Shown in pieces: positions 29,954 to 42,432 of a DNA stretch of 64,000 bases. The notes under the pieces were generated by a model. It did no database searches. It saw only the letters and a list, made by a program, of their open reading frames with translations, and was not told where the DNA came from. The stretch's first letter is position 1. Each line of letters opens with the position of its first letter. This DNA is from Raillietiella orientalis. Lineage: Eukaryota. The stretch spans positions 1,984,001 through 2,048,000 of the forward strand of contig JAYWIR010000029.1 in assembly GCA_036172245.1 (NCBI GenBank). The letters are read 5' to 3'. A program made the position numbers and the translations under genes.

Positions 29954-31483
29954 AAATAGCCTTGTGAATTTATGCATATAAAAATTAATTAATTTCATTA
30001 GCACAAATTCTCATTTTACGTATAAGTATTTTAAATTGTTTTTTTTTTTGTTCTGGGAGAAAAAAAAATCCAGTTTTATTCAAGTTGTGGTTTAAACACA
30101 AAATGAGGATAATAAAGCCGGGATGATTAACTTCACTGCCCTACAGCAAGGCATTCCATGGCGTGCAAGCTTGACGTAGACGTAGTAAACAGACTAACGA
30201 ACGTGCGTGAGATACGTGTGGACACGTCCGTTTCGAGGGTTTTCATTTCGGACGTGCCTTTATTTTTCTCCAAGTGCGGCAGTACACATGTGCAAACTAG
30301 TGTGATCTCGAGCAGATGTGATTCTGAATACACACCCACACGTACACAATAAAGAGGTAAGAGTCAGGGTCAAGCCGTGTGTGCCTTATTCGGTTGTTTT
30401 TCGAGCCTCCCCATCGTGCAGCATCTCGCGCGATTCGTGTACAGTGCTTGTGTGGTGTTTTAAAACACACTTTGACGTGATTCCTGCTTCGTTGTTTTTG
30501 CGAAAAAGAAGCTGTTGCCGTGCTGTTCTCATAGGTTGCTGGTGATCGCGATGAGTTTGATTCGGGGATCATGTGGTTATACTGTGATAAACCTGCTGGG
30601 CGGGAGTGGGGTGGGGGGTGGGGGTTAAGATGGATTTATTGTGTTCGGAGGAGTGCAGTTCCTGATGCGGACTGTTTTGATTTTATTAACTTAAAGCACA
30701 CACTTATTGAAATAAAGACTTAACACTTTTACATAACTTCCAGACCAGCGAGACTTTTCGAAAACCATTGTGGGTGTTGACCGGTTGACCGCTAAATTCT
30801 CATGAAAATTGCATGCTGTAATCGACATTCCCTATCGACTATGTAAAAAAAAATTTCCTCGAAGGAAAGGAACTTTTGGGAGATTTATTGTTCTGCACGC
30901 CGAGGGCAGTGCAAATCATCCTGGTACTATTAACCCATAAAAAGATTGTACGAAACCGAATGTGTTGCACACATAATTAGTCTTGCAACACGGTCGCTCC
31001 TTTCAAAGAGACGGTCGTCAACGGAAGGGCGGAACTGGTTGGAATTTTTGCTTCGGCAGCCATCTATCAGTGGCTCTGCATTCTGTAGAATGAGCCAACC
31101 CTTAGTCTTGCACCTGTTCTTGAAACGCATAGTAAAACGTCGAGTGTTTCTCTGATATGTTCTTCTTCTCCTACACCCTTATGTGTATTGTACAGTGTTT
31201 ATGAAGTCATCGAGAAACGTATGCTGTGCGTAATCTTGGTTCGAAAAAAAGCCCAGTTGGTGTTCGGAATCCCAATTACATTCGTAGGTACCGAATTGTA
31301 TGCATGCCTTTGAAAAGATGCTTCACTAATGGGTGATTGAAGCAGTTGGATGGTTCTTTCAAAGCAACCGCCGCCGTTTCTGCGATACCGGGTGGACGGT
31401 TGCAAGAGATGCTGCTCTTGCAGTTCTCCCCCCTCCCCCCCAAAGAATTAGTTCTACCTAGGTAATAGCCGGGAATTCAAGCG

Positions 31484-32107
31484 TCAGCAAAATGATGGGG
31501 AAAGCTCGAATAACCCAAAAGTCCCTCTTAGGTTTTGGATCCTCTCCAGTGAACGTTCGCGGTTTCCTTGGACGCTGCACAGCCGTCTCTTTCGTGCAAC
31601 ATACGGAAGAGTTGAAAAATTTCCATAGTAGTCAGAACTTTTTTGCTTGGAACATGAGATCCTGCTCCAGTCTTTAATTCCTAGTTTGAGAATGCGCCTT
31701 TTGATTGTGATTCGGGTTCGAATTTCATTAATCTTGTGCTTGGGCCGTTGGCTTTCTCCACTAATACTCATCATTTTTTTAAAACTGGCTGAGCCACGCT
31801 GTTGCTGAACCAGTATTCCAACCAGATGTTTGTATTTCCTGTTCAAGTTCCGAACCTCTATGCACGTCCATTTCGAAGAGTAGGTAGTGCGTACCCTCAT
31901 CGTTCCTCGAAAGCAAATATTGGTCAGAGATCTCTGGGAGCCATGCAGACACTGTGCTTCCCGTGTTTCTAACGGTAACGAGTCCCACGGCGACACTTCC
32001 TGGTAGATTCCAAAAAGTTCTCCTGAAGAAGTGCACTTCACTCCCGTTTGTGCTTTCGCTTGTTTTTGTTCTTGGAAAAGGCGCACTCTGCTCGCCATTT
32101 TGTTCAT
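31484..32107 (-). CDS. Uncharacterised basic ORF (207 aa)
   Basis: ATG-initiated, stop-free 624 nt in fairly AT-rich DNA; Lys/Arg-rich; no recognisable domain. Confidence 0.25.
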   Translation of the reverse strand: MNKMASRVRLFQEQKQAKAQTGVKCTSSGELFGIYQEVSPWDSLPLETREAQCLHGSQRSLTNICFRGTMRVRTTYSSKWTCIEVRNLNRKYKHLVGILVQQQRGSASFKKMMSISGESQRPKHKINEIRTRITIKRRILKLGIKDWSRISCSKQKSSDYYGNFSTLPYVARKRRLCSVQGNRERSLERIQNLRGTFGLFELSPSFC

Positions 32108-35100
32108 ATGGAAATGCGTCTGCCTTTTTTTTTTCTTTTTTTTTGGTTTTCATGGTATCTGTGGTTTGGTGGCTGTTGAAGCAACCACGTTTTCTTATCG
32201 CCTTGTAGCAGCTCTACTGGATTTCTTCATCTTGTGGTCGCTTTGATGGTATCAGTCAGAAGTTTATCGTTATTCTTTCGTTTCGATTTTTTTCCTCATT
32301 GTTTTTTGCTTTGAAAAAAAAAAAAACAAAAAAAAAACGTGTCTGATGTTGTATTACGTATCTGTGTTATGGAGTTTGTAAAGCTGTGGTGTATTTCCCA
32401 TAGAAGGGAACAGAAAGAAATTTCTTTTGCAAAATTTCCATTCGATTATCCTTTCATGGATTGCTCTAAGATACATTTAAAAAAACAAAAGTGTCCGTGT
32501 ATGCATCGATTTTACTTGTCTTTTCATTATTTGGGAACTGCGAACTCTTGTTTTTGTGATAAGTGAATTCGTTTTTCTTCAACATTTGCATACAACAGGA
32601 TCGACGCTCGCTTTTTGATACGCTGGTAATTCAATGGAGACCGTGTTCGTCCTGGGCATTCTGCTGGAGCAAAGAAGGGATGTTTCATCCTTCCACACCC
32701 TTACTCTGACGTGATAACCCTTTGGTGTTCCGCATTGCTAACTTGTCCGATGAGCTTAAAGCAGTTTTTTTATTAGCTTACCATTCCAAGCGTTGGTCTA
32801 GTTTGCCCAGTGATCTGAAGATTTTAGTGGGCCCCCTGCCGTAAACACCATCTTCACAGCACTGAATATTGGTAGCATCGGAATTGGATGTGCTCAAGTG
32901 TGGGCACGAATGGCGAAGAAGGAGTTTCAGGATTCCGACATCCCATCTCCGAAATAGGTACCATTCTTTTAAAATGACGCGCAGGACAGGTGTTGTATGT
33001 GCAATCAAGCTTTTTCTTAGCCGAAGCATCTCATCCAAGATGAGAAGGTTTGTCCAGCAACTGTGCTCAGTAGGTAGTTAGCTAGGGAATTCGCACTTAC
33101 TACGGTTTCTTGTAGTCTTAGACTCTGGCTTCCCGAAGGTATCGCTTTCCCGAAGGTGCATAGCAAGAGGACAAGGGGGAAAAAAATGGTGTCTCTAGCT
33201 TTTTCCAGTTTGCAAATTCTATTATCCGGCATTCCCAAGTAGCATCGGTGTATGCAGGCGTTCGTTATATCGGGTGATCAGCCGTTCACATGGTGATGGA
33301 ATGGTTTGCGCGTAGTGACCCTGTGCTTCGTAAGCCCGAATGTGAAAGCCGTGGGACTCACTGAGAATACATGAGCTATTTGTCTGCTCGTGCACATGAA
33401 TATTGATACAACATGATTTTCAACTTAAGGTCTCCCCCTCCTCCTCTCGTGGAGCGATTGTTTTTGCCTTTCGCTGGCGACCATGAAGCAGAGAAAAATG
33501 CCGAGTATTTCACGATTCTGTGTGCCATCGATTGCCCGCGAGCCGGACTCACCGTTTGTGATCCACCTGTGGGGGTGGCCCTCGTCTCAAAATGAGTGAT
33601 TCCCGGGTCCGGCGTCTTGCGCTCCCTGTTTCGGGACAGCAAGCTGGCGAGTGGAACTCCCAAGTTCTGGAGTTCAGTCTCTTTCCAAGAACGCGCGATA
33701 TCGGAGCTGCAAGAGCACTCGCGTTGGTGAATCCTGCGAAACGATGTTGGATTGGTTGTAGCGGCTGGCGGATCTTTCCGGAAGGAGGCAAGTTCTCATA
33801 ATGTGGGATGCGGTGTGGGGATGAGGGGATCGTGCCGTGAGGGTAGTAATGGCAAGGTCGACAAGATCCAGGGTGGGGTGGTCGTGCGCAGCGACACGTC
33901 CGGCTCAGGTTCCGCGTTCCCCGGAGGAAAGGGGTGTTTCTTGATGCGCGTGCTTGCAGCACATATGCGGCCTCGTATTTTTTTTTGGTTCGCACAGGTG
34001 ATGCTGGGAGACCGAGCGCGGCGGACCGTCGGAAGGGGAGAGTGCAACGATCTCATTAGGACACTAGACGTGCGTTTGCGTGTTTGCTGCCGACAGGACC
34101 TTGGATGACTCTGGTCGGTCGGGAAAGAAAAGGCGTCCTGAATTTCACGAGCGCGGAGAGGATCATCCCATTGCCTCGTGCTCCTTGTTTTCCGGGACTC
34201 GTAAGGCTTCGAGAACTGGCCAAGGGATGGATTGGACAAGTTGTTCGTTTGGGATGATCGCGGTGGCATCCTCCCTCCCCCCCGTTCATGTGGGGCCCAA
34301 GTGCCCGCGAGGAGTGATAAACAGCTCCGGTATTTTGACTGTGCCAAGCTGGCCTGGCAGTTGTTTGCTCAATCGTCCGAGTGGACAAAGGATTGAGTCC
34401 GGGATGTTTGCTGTTTTGTCTTTGCTGTCGGATTCCGTGTTTCGGTGAAGAATGTGCGAAGTGAGTTCCCAGGCGGCTGGACGTGACCGCATGGAACGCG
34501 CTCTCCGGTGTTGCTGGAAGAGTGTGAGGTGAGCCGCGCGCGTGCTGGGGACATGTCATTTCGAGCAAACGCTGGAGGTCTGCGTTTGGAGCGATCCGAA
34601 ACGGAGGAAGGCCGGGGGTGGGGCGGGGGGAAGGGTGGGCAAACGTTAGCCGCGGCCTACGCAGTTCTTCCTGAAGGCGTTTCGGCCGGGTCTTACTGCC
34701 CATCATGGAACACCTGACGCATTTGATGCATATCGGCATTCATTCTTCGATGCGTTCCCGGGCGATCCGATGCGCCGCCCGTTCGGTCGGGGTGCAGTTC
34801 TTCGCGAAGCGAAGGATCCTGCAAAAGTGCTGGATCGCACTGAAGGACGAAGAGCTGGCGAATTTTCTTGCAGCCGTTGATCCAGATCGTGCAGAGTGAT
34901 CAGCGCGGGCCGAGCGTTCCTTCCTTCCTTGTTTTCCCAGCCAAGCTCGCATCTAGTGATGATTCCGTTTTGGGTTCATTTGGGGGTCTCTGGCGTCCCG
35001 GTTCCTCTTTTTGGTCGTTCGCTCGTTTCGCAAACTACGATGTGGAACTTCTTGTGCGGGGAGAGGGGAAAAAAAGCGCACTTTCTCGACTGTGCGGAAA

Positions 35101-35114
35101 AATCTCGTCTGATT

Positions 35115-35145
<31 letters not shown>

Positions 35146-36153
35146 TTTTTACTGCATGGAATCCAGTTTCTGGAACCGGAACGTGCGCGATCCCGGATCG
35201 TCCGTTCCAGAGATCCCTCTTAAACTTGGCGCTTGCGTAATCGCCGGCATCCTGCAAGTCGGAATGCAGTTATTCTTGGGGGAGGCGTGGCGTTTCCCCT
35301 TCGCACGTGTACGTGTGGCAGGACGATGTGACTCGGAAAACGGGGTGCGGGTGGGGAGGAGGGCCGTTCATCTTTCTGCACCTTTCTCCCCCCCCCCCCC
35401 TTCGGATGCTTCGAATGGGGTGGGATGTTTTCGCGGGTTGCGAAAAGTCTCCCGAAAAACGAATAGGGAGGGGGGGAGGGCGTTGTCCTGGGAACCTCGT
35501 CACGCGGTCCCGAGCAGGGAACAGATAGATACCTCTCGTCGGGAAAGGCGGATTCGTGATCTCTGGGGGAATTAGAGAAACCCACAACCGGGAAGATCGT
35601 GGGAAACAAGAGCCGGCTGCTTTCGATCCTGGGGCTCCTCGAATGACGCGGAGGGTTCCTTCCCTCGCGGACGTGACCCCACCTGTTTGTTCCCAAACGC
35701 TGGCGCTCGCCTGACCGAGCGGCTCGTTCTCTTTCGGAAGGGATCCGCCGCCGTTCCGATCAGCGGGTGACGTAAGCGGGTTGTTGTGAGCTCGGGGGAG
35801 CCCGCGGTATGGAGCTCGCGGCCGGCAGCGGACCTTCCCCGCGACAAGCAGTGGGTCCAGTGGCGGCTTCGGCACAGTTTCCGCGCAAGCGAGGCAGCGG
35901 ACAGATCCGGGAACACGAACTCGTTCGTGAGAAGAAGGAAAACCCGCCGGTTCGCGTTGGCCGACCAGCCACAGCGGAAATGCGTAGGAAGTGCGTCGCT
36001 GCAAGACGAGCGCCAATACCAGGAAAGCGGCGGATCCTTGGAGGTGCAGGCCTCTCCCGACGGGCACAGGGACGGAGCTTCCTTTCGAGCTCTTCTCCCG
36101 TGCCAGCTGCAGGCACAAGGGTGCTCGGGTGGATTTCGTTTGCGTGCCGAGGG

Positions 36154-36907
36154 ATGCATTTCGTGAAAGCGGCGGCAGCAGCGGTCATCGGCGGCGACCT
36201 GCTTCGGCGACCTTTGTTCCGCCGCGCTCTGAGTCTGCTCCCATCGGACCGCAGGCTCGAAGCAGCGTCATCAGCGGAGTCGCTGCCACCCGTTGAACGC
36301 ACGGACAGCTACGCACCCGGAGAGGATAGGGCGCAGCCGCACTTTCAGCGAGGGGCTTGCGCGGGCCCACGTTCGTTCCGTACGGAGTTTCGAGGAGCCC
36401 CTCATCAGGAGGACGGCCGTCAGGGAAGCATGTTAAAGTCGAGGGGGGAAGGGCATCAATCTTCTGGGTTCTTCGCTGCCGGCGCTGCGAGCAGCAGCCA
36501 CGGACGAAGAGACTCCCTCTCAGCACTGAGGTGGAAACCACGCGAGTTCTCTGCGTTCGCATCCGCGATTTCGGGTGACGAGGAGGGTCTGGAGAGGAGG
36601 GGGTGTCGGGTCTGCTCGGGTCGACGCAGGGGCGGCGACTTCTCAGTGTACTCGGGGTCGGGGAAGGAGGCGTCGCGCGCGGGGCGGAGTTCGTTCGTGC
36701 TCTGGGACCGAACCGCTTGCGGTATCCCGACTTGGCGAGGACCACCTGCCTGTGCGCCGCGACCGCAGTGCCGCACTAGAGCGCAGCTTGCGCCGACAGG
36801 AATCCAAGCAAAGGCGTGCAGCTCGTTCCCGAAATTTCCGACGTGGCCGTCTTCCTGTGTTGACAACAGGTTCCATAACTCTTGCGTCGATTGACGAGGC
36901 TCCGTGA
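36154..36907 (+). CDS. Candidate small disordered protein rich in RxxS motifs (exons ~36154-36530 and 36769-36907)
   Basis: A phase-2 GT-AG join (36531-36768) gives ...GRRDSLSALS|AALERSLRRQESKQRRAARSRNFRRGRLPVLTTGSITLASIDEAP*. Upstream motifs RRALSL, RTDSY, RQGSM. The start is uncertain (frame open from 35809). No homology recognised. Confidence 0.3.
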
Positions 36908-37056
36908 TTAATTAGTGGTGGCCGGGCGTGAGCCGTGCCGTCCATCCGTCCGCCGCTTTCGGCTGGCGCGCGCGCTCTGCTTTGTTTGCATTCCTAAATG
37001 GTGCCTTTGGTATTTGTACATACGCGCTAATGACAGGCGTGAGAAATCATCATCGT

Positions 37057-37088
37057 AAAAAAAAAAAGAAAAAAAAAAAAAAAAAAAA
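37057..37088. repeat. Poly-A tract
   Basis: A-run with one G interruption. Confidence 0.85.
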
Positions 37089-38057
37089 GGAAAACAACGA
37101 CAACAAAAATAGAAGAAGAAAAAAAAGAGAAAGTGCTGGGTACGAAAGCAGTGGTGCTTCTCTGTGATCGGCTGTCACTTTTCGAAGTAACGATGGAGAC
37201 CTCGTTGCAGAAGAAGTGTTTTTTTTTTTTTCTTCCTTCAAAAGATACACTGTGTGAACGTCGTAGAGCCAGCTGCTCTTCCCATGCAGCCTCCTCCTCC
37301 TTGAGGAATCGTCGCGAACCCTCTTGAGGCAAGCAGTTCCAGGACAGCACCTGCTCTCTTCTGAAGGGGGGTGAAATCGGCGAAGAAAGGACGAGAGTGT
37401 TTCATCCTCCCTCTCGCCGCTTCTCCGGAAGCACAAACAATTTGACGCCGAGAAACACCTCTTTTCCGGTGGCACCGCCCCCTCTACGGAAGCAGCCGTC
37501 GAGGAGACGCGCCGGTGTGCAAGAATTCCCCTCCGCCGGAGTGCGCACGCGGTCGTCCCCCGTCCCGCTCCTCCGAAGACGCTCCCGCTGGGAATGGGTT
37601 CCTCCCAGGGGGTGCGGGATGCCCCCCCCTCCTCCTGCGCGCTCTCCGCGACCGGTGGCTCCGGCAGTCCGTTCGGGAGCGACACGCGAGCGACAGGAAG
37701 GAGGAGGAAGGGAAGTGGCCGACAGGGCAGCATCCGCGAAGACGTCAGGCCTCCCCCCCAAATCCCCGAGCCCGCATTAACATTCCTGCGTCGATGTGTG
37801 AGCCTCCGGAACGCGTCATCTGTTGATGGTTCGCGGCAAGTTGCGCGCGCCCCTCTTCCCTATCCGCCTTATCCGCACATGAATTATGCATGACCATTCC
37901 AGTCACGCGTGGGTCGCCTCGCGCTCCGTTCATCCGCATCTCCCGAAGAAGGCGGCGCGCGCCGCCATTGGTCGCATTCCTTTCGAGCCGAGGCTCCCGC
38001 GATTAGGTCCGGTCACCAGCGCGGGAGACGCGCAACCCCACGTGAGTGCGAAGGCAT

Positions 38058-38081
38058 GCGTGCGTGCGTGCGTGCGTGCGT
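38058..38081. repeat. (GCGT)n microsatellite
   Basis: gcgtgcgtgcgtgcgtgcgtgcgt read directly. Confidence 0.9.
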
Positions 38082-41000
38082 TCCCCCGTTTTCATTCCGA
38101 AGCGTTCCACCGCTCGCTTGCACCTTGGCGCGCGCGCGAGGGAGAAGAAGGAAAAAGAAAAAGAAGGAGAAGCAGCAGAAGAAAAGATCACGAAAGGAGG
38201 GGGCGGGCGGGCGGGAGCGAGCAAGCGAGCGAGAGAGAGGGAGGGAGGGGGCGGAAAATAAAAAATAAAAAAAAAAAAAGGGAGAGAAGATGATGGATGG
38301 ACAGCTCCGCGTCGGCTTTTCCAGGGTGAGTGATGGGCGCGTGAGGAGTGCGCCCTGGAGCGAGCGTCCAGAGCCGCCCGCTTGACAGCGACGGTGCCGC
38401 CGATGTTTTCGTCTTGCGTTTCTTTTTGTTTTTCCTCCCCTCCCTCCCTCCGAAGGATTCGCCCCTCTCCTCCCTTCCCCTCCCGTTCCTCCCCTGTTTT
38501 CGCGCGACTCCTTTTCTTCTCCTTTCCAGCGGGCGATTCTGGTGCGGCAGCGTTGCAGGAAGCTTCCCGAAGGAACGGTGGCCCACGAATCATTATGTCC
38601 TCCGTAAGATGCTGTCTGGTTCGGCGCACCGGGCAGATTCTTCCCCCGCCAGAAAGGGTAAAGAAAGATGCTGCTTCCGCTCCTCTTCCCCTCCCGTGGC
38701 TGTTCTCCGCGAGGCGATTCTCCTACCGCGGGAATTTTTTCTCCCGCCGCGGGGGTGCATCGTTCCCTTCCCGCTCCTGCGGCAGCTGCGGCGAGGAGCA
38801 GCACGCCGCTGGTGGAGTGGGAGGAGGTCGGATCCACCCGTGCGCGCGCGCGCGACCCTTTCCAACGTCATCCTCGGTGCGGGAGGAAACGGCCAACAAT
38901 GACGGAGGAGGAGGAGGAGGAGGAAGGGGAGGGGAGGAAGTGACGGAGGAGGAAATGCCCCACCCTCCCCCTCTCCCGCATTTTCCTCATCTCCTTCAAA
39001 AAGCAAAGGGGGAGGAAGCGGAAGTCGATGCGAGCCATTTCAGATTTCACGCACAGAGGGAAACCCTGGACCCTTTCTGCGGGGCTGATCAAAATTCCCA
39101 GGCACCCATGGCTCGATGGCTCCAGCGTCCCTGCCTCCTCGAAAGTGCCCGCGGTAAGTGAAGGCTGTGTGTGCCAGCGCGCGCGCAAGCGCTGGAGGGG
39201 GAAGGGGTGCGGGCGGAGGAGGACGAGCGAGAGCTGAGCCCCTCTCTCCCGGTCCCGAACCCCGGAGTGCCCTGCCGAGGGAGGAGGAGGAGGAGGTGGC
39301 GGGGACAGCTCTGGCTGTCGGGTTTCCTCCCCTTCCCCCTCTTAGCGGCGGCGGTGGCGGCGATGCTCCGGCGACGACGACGACGACGCCCTGCGGCTGC
39401 GCGCGCATTCCGATGACTCCGAGAGGGATCTTGCAGGCCGGAGAAGAGCGTCCCTCCCTCTCCCCCTCCTACCCTCCCCGTTTCCGCCACCTTCTCCCCT
39501 TTTTCCCGTCCCCTCTGCGCTCCCCTCCCTCGCCCGCGCGCAAGCGGCGAAGGGAGGGAGGGGGGGGGGACGCGTGCCCCCGAGGGTGGCGGTCGCTTTC
39601 GCCCTTTTCTCGGTCCTTGCGCCTTGCGTACTGAGGGGGCGACTCCTTTCCTCGACCAGCGAGTCTCCTCAAGAGGGCGCGGTCGCATGTGCGCGCGCGC
39701 TTATTTTTTTTTTCTTTTTTTCAAGGCCCAGTGGGCACGCGGCCCCTCCTCCCCATAGCCCCGAGGGACTGCGAACCCCTATAGGATGATGAAGGAGACG
39801 CCCGCAGCGTCGCCTTGCGCATTCTCTGGCAGTTCCTTTCGGGGTCGCCGCTTCCAGGGGGCGCCCCCCAGGGAGAGGAGCCTCCTGGAAGCTCCGCGAG
39901 AAGGGCGAGGAGTGTCGGCAGGCGGCGGTCCTCTGCGGCGCGGGCTGGGGTGGTGTCTGTCCCCTCCCCACCCCGACGGCAGCTTTGCTTCGGGGCGTCC
40001 GTCACCTGGATCGCTCCCATTCGTGCCGAAAGCGGGTGGAGCGCCCATTCCCAGGCGAGAGCCGCTCTTTGGAGAGGGGGACAACCCCCGCCTCCTGGAA
40101 AGCGGGAGTTGCTCAAGGGCAGCCCGTCCCTGGACGCCGTCGCTGCCCGAGAACGAACGGAGGTCCCCCCCACCCCGACCACGCACACCACTCGCCGCGC
40201 GGGCGTAGGAAGGGTCCTCGGGCGGGGAAGAGGGTGCTGGGCGCGGCAGGTGTGCCGGGAGAGGGACTTGTTCAACTTCCTCGGGGGCCGTCGGGGCGCA
40301 GTCGCCCTGTGGGGATCCAGGGAATGAGCGCGCGCTGGACAAGGGGGAGGAGGGAGGGTGTGATTCGCTCTCCAGGCAACGATCCAGGGAGCCGCGAGGG
40401 CGTCTTCGCCCACTGCGCTTTTCCTCTCCCTCAGGAGCGCATCGGCTAGAGGGGAGGCCTTCATGGGGCTCCAGCGGACGGGGTTCGTTCCTCGAGGAAG
40501 GCGGAACGGGTCCGACGTTTTCCACCTTGAGCCGACCTTTGGCGCCCTAGTGGACCAAGCTCAGACGCCGCCTGCCTGGGTCTTCGCTGGCGTGCCAGGG
40601 GCACTGCCTCAGGTGATCTTCCGGTGGGGAGTTCTGTACGTTCTGGAAGAAAGGGGAGGGGGGGCGGTCCTCCCTTTCCGCGTGACTGGGCGCGTGCGCA
40701 CACGCGCGGTAGTCCTGACAGCTGCCCTCACCTTCCTGCCAGCGGCTGCTGCCGCCCATCCTTCTCGGAGACTGGCGGCCTGCAGAGACGCGGACGGACC
40801 TGTCTCTGCCCCCCCCCCCACTCCCCCGGTCCCCACTTTCTCTGCTTCCGTCGCAGAACTCAGGCGAGGTGGCGCCTTTCCTCCTTCTCGGCCCCTTGCG
40901 CCGCATGGTCAAGGAGACCGACTCCCCTGCCCTTAACCCCTCCCTCCCTCTTCCTTTTCGGGAGTCGCGTCTTGAGGGCGATTTCTTTCCTCCCCCTTCC

Positions 41001-42432
41001 TCTCCAAATCTCTGTGCTCACCCTCGGTGCCCGGGTGTGGCCGATTGCGCATTTTCGCATACTTCTTCCTCCTTCCCCCCTCGCTGCTTTGCTCTTCTTC
41101 CCGGGTCTTGCCCTCTCGGAAGGAGGACCTCGTTGATTTCTGGGGTGCGCGGTCATACTCTCCACCTCGGAACGCGCTCGAGAGAAGGGGAGGAGGGAGA
41201 CAGGCGGGAGAAGGTGGGTTTCCTCTTCTCACCACTTCCCACTGCCATTCGCTTCCTTCCCGGAAGGCTCGCCAGTGGCCGCATGGTCTCCCTGGTCACC
41301 TCGCGATCCTCCTTCCTTGCTCCTCTGTCGCTCTCGTGCCCTTTCAAAAATGGGGGTCTAAAGTTCCACTGACCTCCTTTTCCTGCGTTGCGGCGTCTTC
41401 CGGGAACATCCGTCTTCGTCCTTGGTGACTGTTCTTTCGGCGCGGAGTCCACCGCGGTCCGCTCTTCCCGTGCCCTCGTTTTGCCCTCGTCCTTAGGACG
41501 CCCATATGGGCTCGTTCCGTCAGAGCGGATGGCGGTATTCCGTCCAGGTCACATCCACTGCTCGAGTGCCTCCGGTGCTGTCGCAGCACCGGCAGAACCG
41601 TCGCCTCCCCCGGGAAGATCCCCTTTCCCGGCACGATCTCGTCGAAGGGAGACGGAACGGCTGTAGGGCGTCTGGACTTGGCATGGCTGTCGGGAGGAGG
41701 GAAAGAGGAAGAGGAGGAGGCTAATTCTTTGGAGATGTACTGAGGGGCTGAGGCAAGCAGGAAGCGGCTTCGATTTTTGTGGATTTTTTTTTCACGAGAA
41801 GCCAGGAAACGCGCAGGAGGTCGCGGGTGCGCGCTATCGCTGCCTGAAGGCTGCTAGCGCGGGCCGTCTCCAGGGATACCGCGAAGTGCTTTCGAGGGGG
41901 CCGAGGCGGCACCTGGAGAGTGGGGAAGTTGTTGGGTTGTTGTTCGTGGTGCTGGGACGCGGCAGCCTCCTCCCCCTTCCTCTTCCTCGCACGAGGCTCC
42001 CCTTGCGAAATTCCTGTTTCGGGACCGACGAAGAGCGACCCGAGCGCCATTCATCATCTCGAGAAAGATCGCTGTCACCGGGATCGCCGAGAGGGGACCC
42101 GGGAACGTTCTCGGAATGCGAAGGGGGGAACACTTGGGCTACCACGCACTTTTTCCTCTCTCCTTCTCTCTCCTCCTCTTTTCTTTTCCTTTCCGGAAGT
42201 CCATCTCGCGCTGACGGGAGAAGAAACCAAAAATATGCGGACCGGTGCATTCCAAGCGATCCAGCGCGACGTCCGAGCTATCAGATTTTCGATGCAAAAC
42301 CGATGATGGGCAGGGGAGGACCCGAGCTCGCAGCCGGCGCGGTGGTCGCGCGCTAGAAGCTTGCGCCGTACAGTACGTCCGCCGCCGCTTCCAGGAAAAC
42401 CTTCGAAATTTGTCGTTCCTTTCCCCCTCCAG

